Shown here piece after piece: positions 27,701 to 38,600 of a stretch of DNA of 64,000 nucleotides; the first letter of the stretch is position 1; the number at the start of each line of letters is the position of its first letter. The DNA is from Callorhinchus milii. Lineage: Eukaryota. The DNA lies in the NCBI RefSeq assembly GCF_018977255.1, contig NW_024704743.1, forward strand, positions 61,940,001 to 62,004,000. Reading direction: 5' to 3'. The translations under genes were made by a program, and so were the position numbers. The notes beneath the pieces were generated by a model. The model was given only the letters and a program-made list of their open reading frames with translations. It had not been told where the DNA came from and did not search any database.

Positions 27701-30700
27701 TTTGTATTGTAACTTCTATTTCTTAAGGGTTTGGAAATCCTGTACTAATTTTATTTTCTCTCTCCAGGGGAAACAGTCAAAGAGGAGTCGTTGCTATCCC
27801 CCGATGAACCGAGATCATCGCAGAATTATTCACGAGCTGGCTGAGGCCTATGGTGTTGAAAGTATCAGCTATGACAGTGAGCCCAAGCGAAATGTTGTTG
27901 TCACTGCTGTGAAGTGAGTGCTGTTAGGGTTGGTTTTCATTTTACCTTCTGGGTTACCTTCTGGAGCTCCATGGCCATCAGTCTACTCTCTGGTTATTTA
28001 ATCCCAAAAGTGATCATATTTCATGTGTGAGACATGATAGTGGGCACAAGTGGGATATATCATAGGGAAGATTGCAACCAAACTGAACATCTCTATTAAT
28101 ATTCCTGTATAGGAAATCACTCAATAACAATCAGAGGCAGGAAGTCTAGAGTGGTGAAGTTCCAAAGGTGGTGTTTGCGCTCTGACTTCAGCCAAGTGTC
28201 AATTATTCATGTTTCAGCTTTGCGTGTGAGTGCTGACAGGTTATTTGACTGTAGGGCAGCACTGCTGATCCCACTGTTGCTCTCATCTGACATCCACACT
28301 TGTGCACTTTTCAGAAGCAGCTTCTGGGTGAACACCTTGATCAGAAACCCTGTCTGATTTTCTCTGCACTCTCCCCTTCCCTAACCCAGAGACACTAAGG
28401 TTACTAACATTAATTCAGTTGCTGCTTCAGCCAAAATTGGCTCTCAACCTTCCAGCCCACTACACTATTGATTTTTTTCTTGTAGTTGAGACAGTCAGTT
28501 ATTTCTTTCCAACAACAAATAACAAATAGAATTTATATAGCGGTTTTCACGACTGAAGGATGTCCCAAGGAGCTGGACAATTAAGAGTTTGTACCTGAGC
28601 TGGGGGTTGGATAGAAGAGGGATGGGGTACCATTTGAGGGGGTAATATTTAATATTTCATGCAAAACATAGCTTGTACTTTCTTTTCATCCTATTTTTCC
28701 TATCTGAATTGTTTCAATTATACTTGTGTATTTTTTTTACCCAGAGGAAAATCTTTGTCTCCAAATACTTCACTGACCTCACTGATTGAAAGAGAAGTAG
28801 CTACCAGACCACCACCACCGATCGCCCACTACAGGCACCAAACATCTAAGTAAATATTGTGTTGCTGGTTACTGAATGTAATTTGTGATTTCACAGAATT
28901 CAAGTCCAGATAAAACTTCCATGCAAACTTGATGGAAATACATCCATGGGATAAAAAGTAAATGAAACTAATAACTGAAATATATTTAGTTTAAAATGAA
29001 CCAATTAACCATGGAAACTAATTTAATTAGTACTATTGTAATTTAGATGCTCCCTCTTGGTGACATCATCCGCAGACATGGGATCAGCTTCTACCTGTAT
29101 GCAGATGACACCCAACTCTATCTCTGTGCCTCCATTCTTGAATCCAGGACCACTGCTGTCCTGACAGAATGTCTGTCAGATTTCAAGTCCTGGATGAGAC
29201 CTAACTTTCTCCAATTGAACGTCAACAAGACCGAGGCCCTTATTGGCTCTCGTCAGCGGCTCCACACCTCAGGCACTGACAGCATCACCATCCATGGTTG
29301 CACACTCCACCTTACTAAGCCATTCCAGAAGCTTGGGGTCTTGTTTGACCCTCAACTATCCTTTCTACCCCACATTCATGCCATGACCCGCTCTGCCTTC
29401 CCCCACCTCCACAACATCGCCCAGCTCCACCACTGCCTCTCACCTCAGGCTGGGGAAACCCTCATCACGCATTTATTACATCTAGGCTTGACTATGACTA
29501 CTCTCTGGTTGTCGGCCTTCCCAACTCTTCCCTCCACAAGCTGCAGATCATTCAGAACTCTGCAGCTCGTATGCTCTCCTACACTAAGCTCCGTGACCCC
29601 ATCACCTCCACCCTCGCCCAGATCCACTGGCTCCCCATTCCACAGAGGACAGAGTTCAAAATCCTCGTCCTCATCTCCAAAGCCCTCCATGGCCTTACTC
29701 CTTCCTACCTCTATGATCTGCTGATGCCATATCAACCTGTTCGCTCCCTCTGCTCAGCAGGTTCCGGCCTCCTTCGAGCCATGTCTCAAACCCTCCTCTG
29801 ACCACACCTTCGACCACCCGCCTACACCTACCCTCCCTGCCCCCACCCCACCTGATCCCAGTCCCCTGCTCGGATCCAAATCCCTGACTCTCCAGCGTCT
29901 TGGGATGTTCTTCCGACTTGAAAGGTGCTATACAAATGTAATTTGTTGTTGTTAGATCTGAATATGATATGAAAAGCAAGATGGAACAATGCAACTGCGT
30001 ATAAATTTTAAGTTTGTTAAGTAAAACAGCTTAGTGTGGCAGACTGCCGACTATGCAACATATTTCATTTGGAGGTGCCCAAATAAACTGCAGTGGTCTT
30101 TTCCACTGTAAATTCCTGTGTAGGTAAAATATAGCATGGAAGAGCAGTGCATTTTGTGCACTCACTAACCTCGCAGATTTTCAGAGAAATTGAAAGAGGA
30201 GTTAGATACTTGCATTTGATATAGTCCCTAAATGTCAAAATATCTTAAGGTAATTACTGTCAGATATAGTGATTATAGGCAGACTATAGGATGATTAAAT
30301 GACCATTTAATATGAAGGCTTTTTGGCCACGGTATAGGGCGAACTTTTCAAGTAGTATCATGGGATCTTTAACACCCACTTAAAACACAGTGGTTTTGCC
30401 CTCACCTGAAAGAAAGCACTACCATAAATAGAGCTTCACAGTACTGCACTGGATCATCTCAGATGAGAAACTCGAGTTCCACTGTGATGCTTGAACGCAC
30501 AACATTCTAGCCAGGAAGTGAAAATTGAGGCAAGCTAACACAAGGTGCTTTATGAATTCAAACCAGTGAGCGCGAACACAACTCACTGACAATGTTGAAT
30601 CACCTTCCAGTGAATTAACTTTTTTTTCTTCGAGGTTGAATTTGAATCCAGGACCTCAGGATTGACTGACAGGTAGTATCGCAAACCCCAACATTTGGGA

Positions 30701-30900
30701 GGTGGGGGGACTACATAATGCATAAAGCAAGTCAGCTTTGTATATTGTTCTGCAATATATATTGTCTCCAGAGTCCATTATACTGATTAAATTAATAAAA
30801 CAAACTCTTGTAATATTTCAGGGCAGACAGTGGAACAATCATCCTGCAGAAGCCATTGAAGGAAGAACCAACAATTGATTATTTTGATGTTCAAGACTAG
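3230..30900 (+). CDS. NFX1: NFX1, transcriptional repressor NF-X1 (long NFX1-123-type isoform); whole-gene span, 24 coding exons, ~1145 aa
   Basis: 24 exons join in frame across GT-AG introns (3438 nt including stop). The product starts [20 protein letters not shown] (PAM2), contains [39 protein letters not shown], repeated NF-X1 Cys/His fingers and R3H ([10 protein letters not shown]), and ends [12 protein letters not shown], matching the recalled vertebrate NFX1 C-terminus. Confidence 0.97.
5487..6563 (+). CDS. NFX1: NFX1 exon 2 (PAM2 motif plus low-complexity N-terminal region)
   Basis: Acceptor ctacag|, open frame [15 protein letters not shown]...KSKETHT-G, donor CAG|GTTAG. Confidence 0.93.
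7890..8051 (+). CDS. NFX1: NFX1 exon 3 (RING/PHD)
   Basis: [53 protein letters not shown]; canonical junctions. Confidence 0.96.
9067..9144 (+). CDS. NFX1: NFX1 exon 4
   Basis: [27 protein letters not shown]; junctions in phase. Confidence 0.95.
10159..10264 (+). CDS. NFX1: NFX1 exon 5
   Basis: [35 protein letters not shown]. Confidence 0.93.
11636..11707 (+). CDS. NFX1: NFX1 exon 6
   Basis: [23 protein letters not shown]. Confidence 0.95.
12126..12265 (+). CDS. NFX1: NFX1 exon 7
   Basis: [46 protein letters not shown]. Confidence 0.94.
12305..12915 (-). mobile_element. Degenerate L2-like fragment (endonuclease-region remnant joined to a 3' tail)
   Basis: [16 protein letters not shown]...CLVIFGNFK resembles the APE LGDFN segment; L2-type tail at about 12305-12460. 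Confidence 0.5.
13488..13587 (+). CDS. NFX1: NFX1 exon 8
   Basis: [34 protein letters not shown]. Confidence 0.93.
14838..15055 (+). CDS. NFX1: NFX1 exon 9
   Basis: [22 protein letters not shown]...[14 protein letters not shown]. Confidence 0.95.
16064..16161 (+). CDS. NFX1: NFX1 exon 10
   Basis: [33 protein letters not shown]. Confidence 0.94.
16467..16497 (+). CDS. NFX1: NFX1 exon 11 (31-nt mini-exon)
   Basis: ctgtag|GATGTTCCCTGT...AAAGAAG|gtaatg encodes [10 protein letters not shown] and bridges phase 0 to phase 1 between exons 10 and 12. Confidence 0.88.
17497..17579 (+). CDS. NFX1: NFX1 exon 12
   Basis: [28 protein letters not shown]. Confidence 0.94.
18282..18390 (+). CDS. NFX1: NFX1 exon 13
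   Basis: [36 protein letters not shown]. Confidence 0.95.
20245..20364 (+). CDS. NFX1: NFX1 exon 14
   Basis: [40 protein letters not shown]. Confidence 0.95.
20909..20988 (+). CDS. NFX1: NFX1 exon 15
   Basis: [27 protein letters not shown]. Confidence 0.95.
22164..22394 (+). CDS. NFX1: NFX1 exon 16
   Basis: [38 protein letters not shown]...CPKSPCNAE. Confidence 0.95.
22878..22951 (+). CDS. NFX1: NFX1 exon 17
   Basis: [25 protein letters not shown]. Confidence 0.94.
23899..24000 (+). CDS. NFX1: NFX1 exon 18
   Basis: [34 protein letters not shown]. Confidence 0.94.
24713..24754 (+). CDS. NFX1: NFX1 exon 19
   Basis: [14 protein letters not shown]. Confidence 0.93.
25670..25768 (+). CDS. 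NFX1: NFX1 exon 20
   Basis: [33 protein letters not shown]. Confidence 0.94.
26330..26396 (+). CDS. NFX1: NFX1 exon 21
   Basis: [22 protein letters not shown]. Confidence 0.94.
27768..27913 (+). CDS. NFX1: NFX1 exon 22 (R3H domain core)
   Basis: [49 protein letters not shown]. Confidence 0.96.
28745..28849 (+). CDS. NFX1: NFX1 exon 23
   Basis: [35 protein letters not shown]. Confidence 0.93.
29046..29952 (+). mobile_element. 5'-truncated L2-type LINE (RT with YADD, through the 3' tail) in NFX1 intron 23
   Basis: [25 protein letters not shown]...[13 protein letters not shown], then [18 protein letters not shown] after a frameshift; (TTG)n tail. Confidence 0.9.
30822..30900 (+). CDS. NFX1: NFX1 exon 24 (terminal coding part)
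   Basis: tttcag|G GCA GAC... encodes [25 protein letters not shown], with TAG at 30898-30900. Confidence 0.94.
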
Positions 30901-31141
30901 AAGTGCATTGCTCTGTTTCTGAACACACCAGGAGTTTGGATCATATGTTGTTTGGAAATGGGAGCAGAGATTATCGACATCAATGAGGGGAAACAAACAA
31001 GTCAGCAAAGGTTGATGACTGGAGGAAGACTCACTTTGTTAGTCCATAAATTTAAATTTAGTCGACATAATTAAGTGCGTGATGTTATTCCCTGTAAAGA
31101 ATGCCTCTCACTAAGAGAGAAACTCAATAAGAAATGAAAGT

Positions 31142-31581
31142 AATAAACGGTCATACAGTGGATTATGTAGGCAATATAGTTCTAAAATGCTGTGCAGTCC
31201 TGATCAGTTGATTTTGTTAATTTTCACTTCTCGGTTATGTTTTGGAAAGAAATGAGATGCAGAATGATGGTCACTGTGGAATAAATTGAATAAATTTGTA
31301 TTCTCTCTTTGCTACTGTGTGCAGGGCTGAGCTGTTAGCACCAGCAGCTTATTTGCCCCTGAGAACCTTTAGGGTTGTCACCTGACCTTGATGCAGTTCC
31401 CATATGCATTTTTTGGATAGATAACAAAACTAATTACTCTGGCTCCTTTTTATGCCTACAAGAATAGTCATTATAGTATATTGTGTAAAGTGCTTTTAGA
31501 TGTCCTCTGTCAACAGAATGGGGATAATGCATTTTATTTTTTATTTCTTTCCCAAAAGATGAGAATATTGAGTTTATTAAA
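31142..31581. terminator. Candidate poly(A) signals for the convergent NFX1 (+) and mosaic gene (-) 3' ends
   Basis: + strand AATAAA at 31142, 31280 and 31289, ATTAAA at 31576; - strand AATAAA (TTTATT) at about 31533, about 31540 and 31573. Confidence 0.5.
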
Positions 31582-32334
31582 ACATTTTTCACCCTACCCT
31601 AACTATAATTAACAAAGCTGGGAAACAAATTCTTATAGCATCTTACACCTTGAACATCCTAAAGCACTTTACAGTAATTATCAAATGTAGAGATAGTTTT
31701 ATAAGCAGACTCTGCAGCTATTATGCTCATAAGATAATGCAGCTCACTTTGTTAGTCCATAAATTTAAATTTAGTCAACATGTAAATTTTAATTTGTAAG
31801 GTGAATGCTTAACTCACTCACAAAATCTATAGTGGGACCCAGAAGTTGCAACCAGCAGCTTGTCCACAGAGCACCAACCTTGCGTGTGAAACAGTGTTAG
31901 GTGCTTGCTCCCTTATAAAGCAGGTATAATAAGATGGGTGCCCTGTGGACCCACTTTTGTTTTTGGTATGCAGACCCAGTCAACTTCTGCTTAGTCAGGT
32001 TGAGGTGCACAGCAAGTGTGTCAGCAGCAATCCAATGAGTTGGAAGTTGGCCGTTATTTAGCAGCACACATGCCCAGTGGCTGATCTTGATCAGGCCCCC
32101 ATTATAAGGCTGGTTGGAGTTTTGTGGTCCTAACCACCTTATCTGCCTTATAACAGAGTTCTACTGGAGTTACCAATACAATGGTTATCTATTTGCTTCT
32201 TTAAATTAAAAAGCAACATTGCTTGAACAAAAGTTAAGAAATACTGAAGCCTGTAAAAGAAAAGAAAAAGTATTTCTGATGTTCTGTTGATTTCTGAACT
32301 AATGCGTTCTTCGCTTTAAGATATTAAACCATGT

Positions 32335-32369
32335 TCATTTTGCAAGATTTAGATGTTTTCTCTGCAGAG
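32335..32369 (-). CDS. Mosaic gene putative terminal coding exon ([11 protein letters not shown])
   Basis: Strong pyrimidine tract actttacttcctctttttcag| and phase-1 compatible. The alternative is read-through of exon 14 to the stop at 33840. Confidence 0.5.
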
Positions 32370-35300
32370 CTGAAAAAGAGGAAGTAAAGTTTGATTGATT
32401 TGCTGACCCGTTACTTAATGACATTTTGTAATAAGACAAAACCACAGAATTACATTTGTATAGCGCCTTTCACGTCGGGAGGATATCCCAAGGCGCTGGA
32501 CTCGAGCTGGGGATCGGGGAGGGGGGAAAGCCAGGTGGTCGAAGGTACGGTCAAAGAGGAGAGGCTTGAAAGAAGCAAGGGAGGGAGTGAGGCAAATGGC
32601 CTGCGGGATGGAGTTCCAGAGGGTGGGGGCAGAATGGTTGAAGGCCCTCCCGCCAATGGTGGGGTGAACGAGGCGGGGGAAGTGAAGCAGGCCAAAGCCC
32701 GCTTAGCGGACGGAGCAAGGCCATGGAGGGCTTTGAAGGTGAGGACCAGGATCTCGAACTGTATCCTCCGTGTGATGGGAAGCCACAAGAATGATTAAAA
32801 AGCTGTATCTACACAGCATTTACATTTCATGAAAATACACAGAAAGAAAGCAACCATGGACGGAAACATTTTCATTATTAAATTTGTATATAGATTACAG
32901 TTCATTTTTTAGCAGACGGAAGGAGAAAGGAAGCCGAGAGCATAGCTAAAGTAATGTCTTGAAGTAGGTTTTAAAGTTAGAAAAGGGCAGGAAGGTGGGG
33001 GGACTCAGATGGGGGATTCCAAAGAGCAGGGGCCGAGTAGTTCACCCATCATCGTTGGTGAAATGGAGCAACAAAGACAACAAAATTAAATTTGCAAAAT
33101 GCCTTTCATGTTGGGAGGAAGTCCCAAGGCGCTGAATAGTCAGGGATCAGGACCAGTGGGTGGGGGGTAGGAGGGTGGCTGAAGGCATGATTGAAAAGGA
33201 GGGTTTTGTCGTGCCTTGAAGGAGCAGAGAGAGCAAGGTGAAGGGATCGTGGGATGGAGTTCCAAAGTGTGTGGGGGCAGAGAGGCTGAAAGCCCAGCTG
33301 CCGATGGTATGTCAGGTCGGGTGAGAGACAAAGAGAAGGCCGGAGCTTGCTGAATGGAGGGAGCGGACAGGTTGATGGGGGTCAGCAGGAGAGGGCAAGG
33401 CCGTGGTGAGCCTTGAAAGTGAGGACAAGGATTTTGAATTCTATCCTCTAGGAATGGGGAGCCAGTGGAGTCGGGTGGGGGTGATGGGGTCACGGAGCCT
33501 AGTGCGGGCGAGGACACGAGCTGCAGAGTTTTGGATAATCTGCAGCTTGTGGAGGGAAGAGTTGGGGAGGCTGACAAGGAGGGAGTTTCCGTAGTTGAGC
33601 CTTGAGGTGACGAATGCGTACATGAGGTTTCGGCAGCCAGAGGGGTGAGGCAGTCATGGAGTCAGGCAATGTTGCAGAGTTTGGGGAAGGCAGAGCGGGT
33701 CATTGCACGGATATGGAGGAGAGAGAACAGTTGAGGGTCGAACAAGATGCCCAGGTTCCTGACTGGCTTGGTGAGGTGGGGTGAGGCTGCATATGTAGCA
33801 GGCAGGTTAATACACCTCAGCTGAGCATGAGCTGAACCTTCAGAGCAATCGGTAGAACAGTATCTTACCTATTCCTTTGCACATCAGTTTTCCTATGGTG
33901 TGAAATGCCATCTCTAGTGGTGCACCCTTTGTATCTCCAAAATGTACAGATCGGACAGGCAATGTGGATTTATCCCTCAGGTGTCCTTCATCTGTTCTCC
34001 ATATGTGATCATTGCTGTCACAGTTACAGAGTTTCCCTGGGTCAGAACAAGATCCTGTGGTGCAAGAGAAGTGATTTGATGGTAAATGCATCACAACAAA
34101 CTCAATTTTAGATTAAACAATCACCTACCATCCTTCCCAACACCTAAAATAAGTTTAGCATTGTATACACAAAATCTAGCATGGCCTGAAAAAGGAAATC
34201 CAGAGGCATATTTTTCAGGCATGTCAAGGCAATGGGGCAAGAGCTCATCGGCTTGTGATTGTAAAGAATAATTTTAGGATGGACACCAGTTAGATATTCT
34301 TTTAAAAGTAAATGGACAAATAGAAAATAACCATATGAGATACGATCAGGAAGCATAAAAAGGATTCTGGGCAGGTAATGGCTGTTGTGGATTTATGATT
34401 GGAGTAGTGGATTGTTGGGCTGAGAATAATACACCAGAGTTGTGGATTGAGAATCATTAATTACACCAGTAAAAAGAGTAATTAGTAGCTGAAATAGATT
34501 ATCAGCAAGGATGGTAGAGGCCAGGACACTGGACTCCTTTAAGAAGATTTTGTGGGAAGGATATAGGATTGGTTTTCTACAAAGATGAGATCAAATGGAC
34601 CAGGCAGCCCTTTTGATCAAAATCTCTCATGATCTTTTGCAAAAAAAGTGATTTCCCTACTTCATAGCTGTCGTCTGGTAAAAACTCTGTATTTGAATCT
34701 GATGTTTAGAGGTCTCATGTCCTTGTGTTTGCAACACAGGACCACTTTTGTGAACATGTACCAATCAGCATTTGTACACTTTCACAAGAAGGATAAAACT
34801 AACTTGATTAATTCCTATGTCATTCCTGCATTGCTTCTGATTTTTACAGAACTCTGAAAATGAGCTTGGAACAAAATGTGCACCATGACACCTGCCAGCA
34901 GTCAAAATAAAACTTGCCAAACATTATTATTTAGCCAAACAAGGAAACCTGGCATCTCTAAAGATTTCTAGTCTAGCAAATTAATAACAGATGTCCTGAG
35001 TTCCTCAACAGACCTTAATGTAAATAAGAACTGCAATAATAATGCGTAGCTAGCTGAAAGAAGTTTTCTGTCAAAGTTTAAAACAATATAACATCATGGA
35101 TTCATCACATAGCTGCTGATTTGTTATGTTTTAAAGCAGGAAAAAAATCAATTTGGTCAAAGAATTCCATGAGCTGAGAAGCAAAAAATGTGGTCCCTCA
35201 AAATATGTTTTACCTGGTACAGAAATTCTCACATTTACCATGTCCTCCAGATCTCTGTCTTCAGCTGCCATGTCCATTCAGTGACATGTTGCAGGCAAAT

Positions 35301-35648
35301 GCCAAGCTAAGCGCAGAATGCCCTGCCATAAATTGTGGTTTAAGTAGATCCTTATAGCTTTTGAAAGGGAACTGGACAAATATTTGAAAAAGAAAACTAT
35401 AAAGAGCATAGGGAAGGGGCAGATAGGAACTGGCTTTCAGAATGCCGGGTCAGACTCAATGTGCTGAAAGTCCTTCTGACACACCCAATGCAGCCAAAAT
35501 CCTCATCACCTCCCTTTCATTACCTCCCACCTCTATTATTCCAATGCCCTCATTGCTTCAGCTCCACTATCCACAAAATCCAACTAATCCAGAACTCCTC
35601 CGACCATATACACACCTACTCTAAGCTCGATACCCACATCACATAAGG

Positions 35649-35695
<47 letters not shown>

Positions 35696-38600
35696 CACAC
35701 CCAGTCCTCGCTTGGCTCCACTGGCTCCCTATCACAAAACAGATCGACTTCAAGATCCTCTCAATTGTCTACAAATCACTTCATGTCCTGTCATCTCCGA
35801 CCTGCTTACTCCCCACCCCGTGATCTACCACCTCCGTCTTCTCGGCTCAGCATCAAGCTCCACTGTTAAGCGCTACGAGACGCTACCCTCTATGAAAGGT
35901 GCTATATAAATACAAGTTGTTGAATGGCTGCTGTGTTTTAAAATCCTATGATTTTTCAATTGGTCCTTTGAAATGACACAACATGTTCTAAGGGATAACA
36001 CTGGCCGTAGTGTGTTTTAATGGATCGGGATTCAGATGACATTATAAAACCTTAAGGCTTGTTCTTATAACCTGATATGCTTGAACCTTCCTCTATGTTC
36101 CAGTTACATGGAATTTCTCCATTTCCCTAAACATTACCCTTTCTACCACAGCAGCAGTATACTCAAGAAGGGCCATGAAGAGAAGTAGATGCAATGGGGG
36201 AGAGGCGGAAGACACCATCGGAAAAGATTTTTTAAAAAACTATTATCCTTCAAACACAATGTTGTATGTTCCAGGATACACATAGAGTATTAAGGCTATT
36301 GTTCAAATCCCCTCATATACCTGACATTCCACAAGCACAGCTTCCACTGTCTGGATTTGCATCGCCCCAGTAAGACATCTTTCTTCCATCCCAGGAAACC
36401 CACCAGCCCCAGCCTGACTGGATAAAGCGAATGTGGCGACAGTCCAGCTGTGGAAACAATAGAATTGCTGTGAGTTACAGCATAGTTACAGTACATCCCA
36501 TCCTGGGTAATGCACTTACCAGCTGAAACTTCAGCACTTGGGGGAGTATTATTTTTCAGTGTACTGACAGTCATTTGGGGTTGCGTTAATCTCCATGCAT
36601 GTTTTGTGAAGTGAAACCAGAGAAGCTATACACTGTACAGAGGAAAACTGCTTGTAAATAGAGTTTTAAAATTAGTGCAATTATTGAGAGGGGGGGCCTG
36701 TAATTATTCAATTTAACTCCATGGTGTGCTAAGTCTCACCTTTACATGTTGCTCACAGGATTCAGAAACGCGTGTGAGAGCATTGAGCTGGATCAGGTCT
36801 GCTTGGTAACTTAGTTCTCGGCTATAGCAGCCAGGTTCCTCACAGGGGGCCACTCGCAGGCGGGTTTCACTGTTGTGACTTACAACAGTTATAGCTGCAG
36901 CAGGAACACAATGTGCTGTTACTCTCAGTAAAATCATTTTACAGAATACACGTTTAGTTTGTAGACTTTCCCTTAGCAGAGGTGGTGTTTAAACACTCTG
37001 GATGCTACCTCACGTGAAGGGCGCTATATAAATGCAAGTTATTGTTGTTGTGCTAAATGTATTTCTCACAACTGCCATTTGCTGGGACTGTTGAACTTGG
37101 GTTATTAAGATCCAACTTGTGGTTTAAATTTAGAAATTCTTAAAGTTTTTCATTAATTAAAGATTTTCTATACAACAACCACAACAACAAATTATACTTG
37201 TACAGCGCACTTCAAGTCTGAAAGAGGTCCCAGGGCGCTGGTCTGTCAGGGGTTTTTGGACCCGAGCTGGGAGTTGGGGTCAGGAGGATTGGAGGGCAGG
37301 AGTGTGGATCTGGGAGAGTGGCCGAAGGCACAGTCGAAGAGGAAGGTCTTTAGAGAGGGCTTGAAGGAGGCAAGAGAGGGGGTGAGGCGGAGGGATTGTG
37401 GGACACAGTTACAGAGGTTGGGGGTAGAGATGCTGAATGCCCGAACACTAATGATCTATAAATCTATAGACTAAAAAAAAATTGAAAATAGAATGGGGTT
37501 AGAGTTGATTTGTAGATTGAAAAAGGACATTGAATGACATGTGACATCCTCTTGAAGCTGAAGGTACCCACATTTCAATGGAAAGTGTAAGATAGTCCAT
37601 GTTGTATTTTGTTGTACTGTAACTGTGTCTAATGGAACCCCCCCCACCACCCCAGTTGATCTCAGTTGAATTGAGGGCTGGTTCTCTGCAGTCTATTCTT
37701 GCTTAAATACCATTCTGATTAAATTGAATTACCAGTAAATGGGTCAGAAGTCATATCACAGAACACTGCAAACTCCAGAACTCCTTGTCTGGTTCCATCT
37801 GGGTCGATGTAGTATTCCTTGGACTCCTGAAATCCAGCTTCCTTCAGTGCTGCACATGATTCCAGTACTGGCACTTTTGGTCCTAAAAAAGCATCCAAAA
37901 TAATTTACCACTTCAGTGCTCTTCAATGAGTGCTACATGGAAACTAGTGTAATAATAATAAACATGCCACTGATTTTGTTCGGTTACTAACACTGCAGAT
38001 TATGTTTTGTGCTATTCAACATTTTTTCTCCCCCAGAGACATGGATGATTTTCTTTCTCCAGAGGTGTGGGTTATTTTTGGTCTAACTCCATATGTACTT
38101 TCTTTTTATTATTTTTATTATTATAGATTGGACTTGATTAGCTTATACCACAATTATATGCAGCTTCACAAATTCTGGGAAATAAATGTACGGATCCCGG
38201 GGCTGAGCCAGGGGGAGGGGGAGGAAGGTGACCAAAGGCGCGGTCGAAAAGAAAGGTCTTCAGCCGAGACCTGAAAATAGGAAGAGAGGGGGTGAGGCTT
38301 ATCCCTTCAAAGAAACAAACTTTAAAAAATAATAAAAATTTGGTCACTCAATCCACGATTGTTTGTGGGACACTGCTGCGCACAATTGGCTGCCGTGTTT
38401 CACCCACAAAGTATACAGTGAAGTCTCTTTACAATATATTCTGTTAAGTGCTTTGAGACATTTCATCGACATGATAAGGTGCTTTATAATAATAATAATA
38501 ATAATCCTTGCATTTGATATAGCGCTTTTCACGTCGGGAGGACGTCCCAAAGCGCTTCACAGAACACACTGTAAAGTGAATTGACTATATATTTGTGGGC

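Noticed and set aside
29047..29724. 225-aa reverse transcriptase ORF as an active or domesticated gene
   Set aside because: It is a 5'-truncated, frameshifted L2 copy with similar degenerate copies elsewhere in the window.
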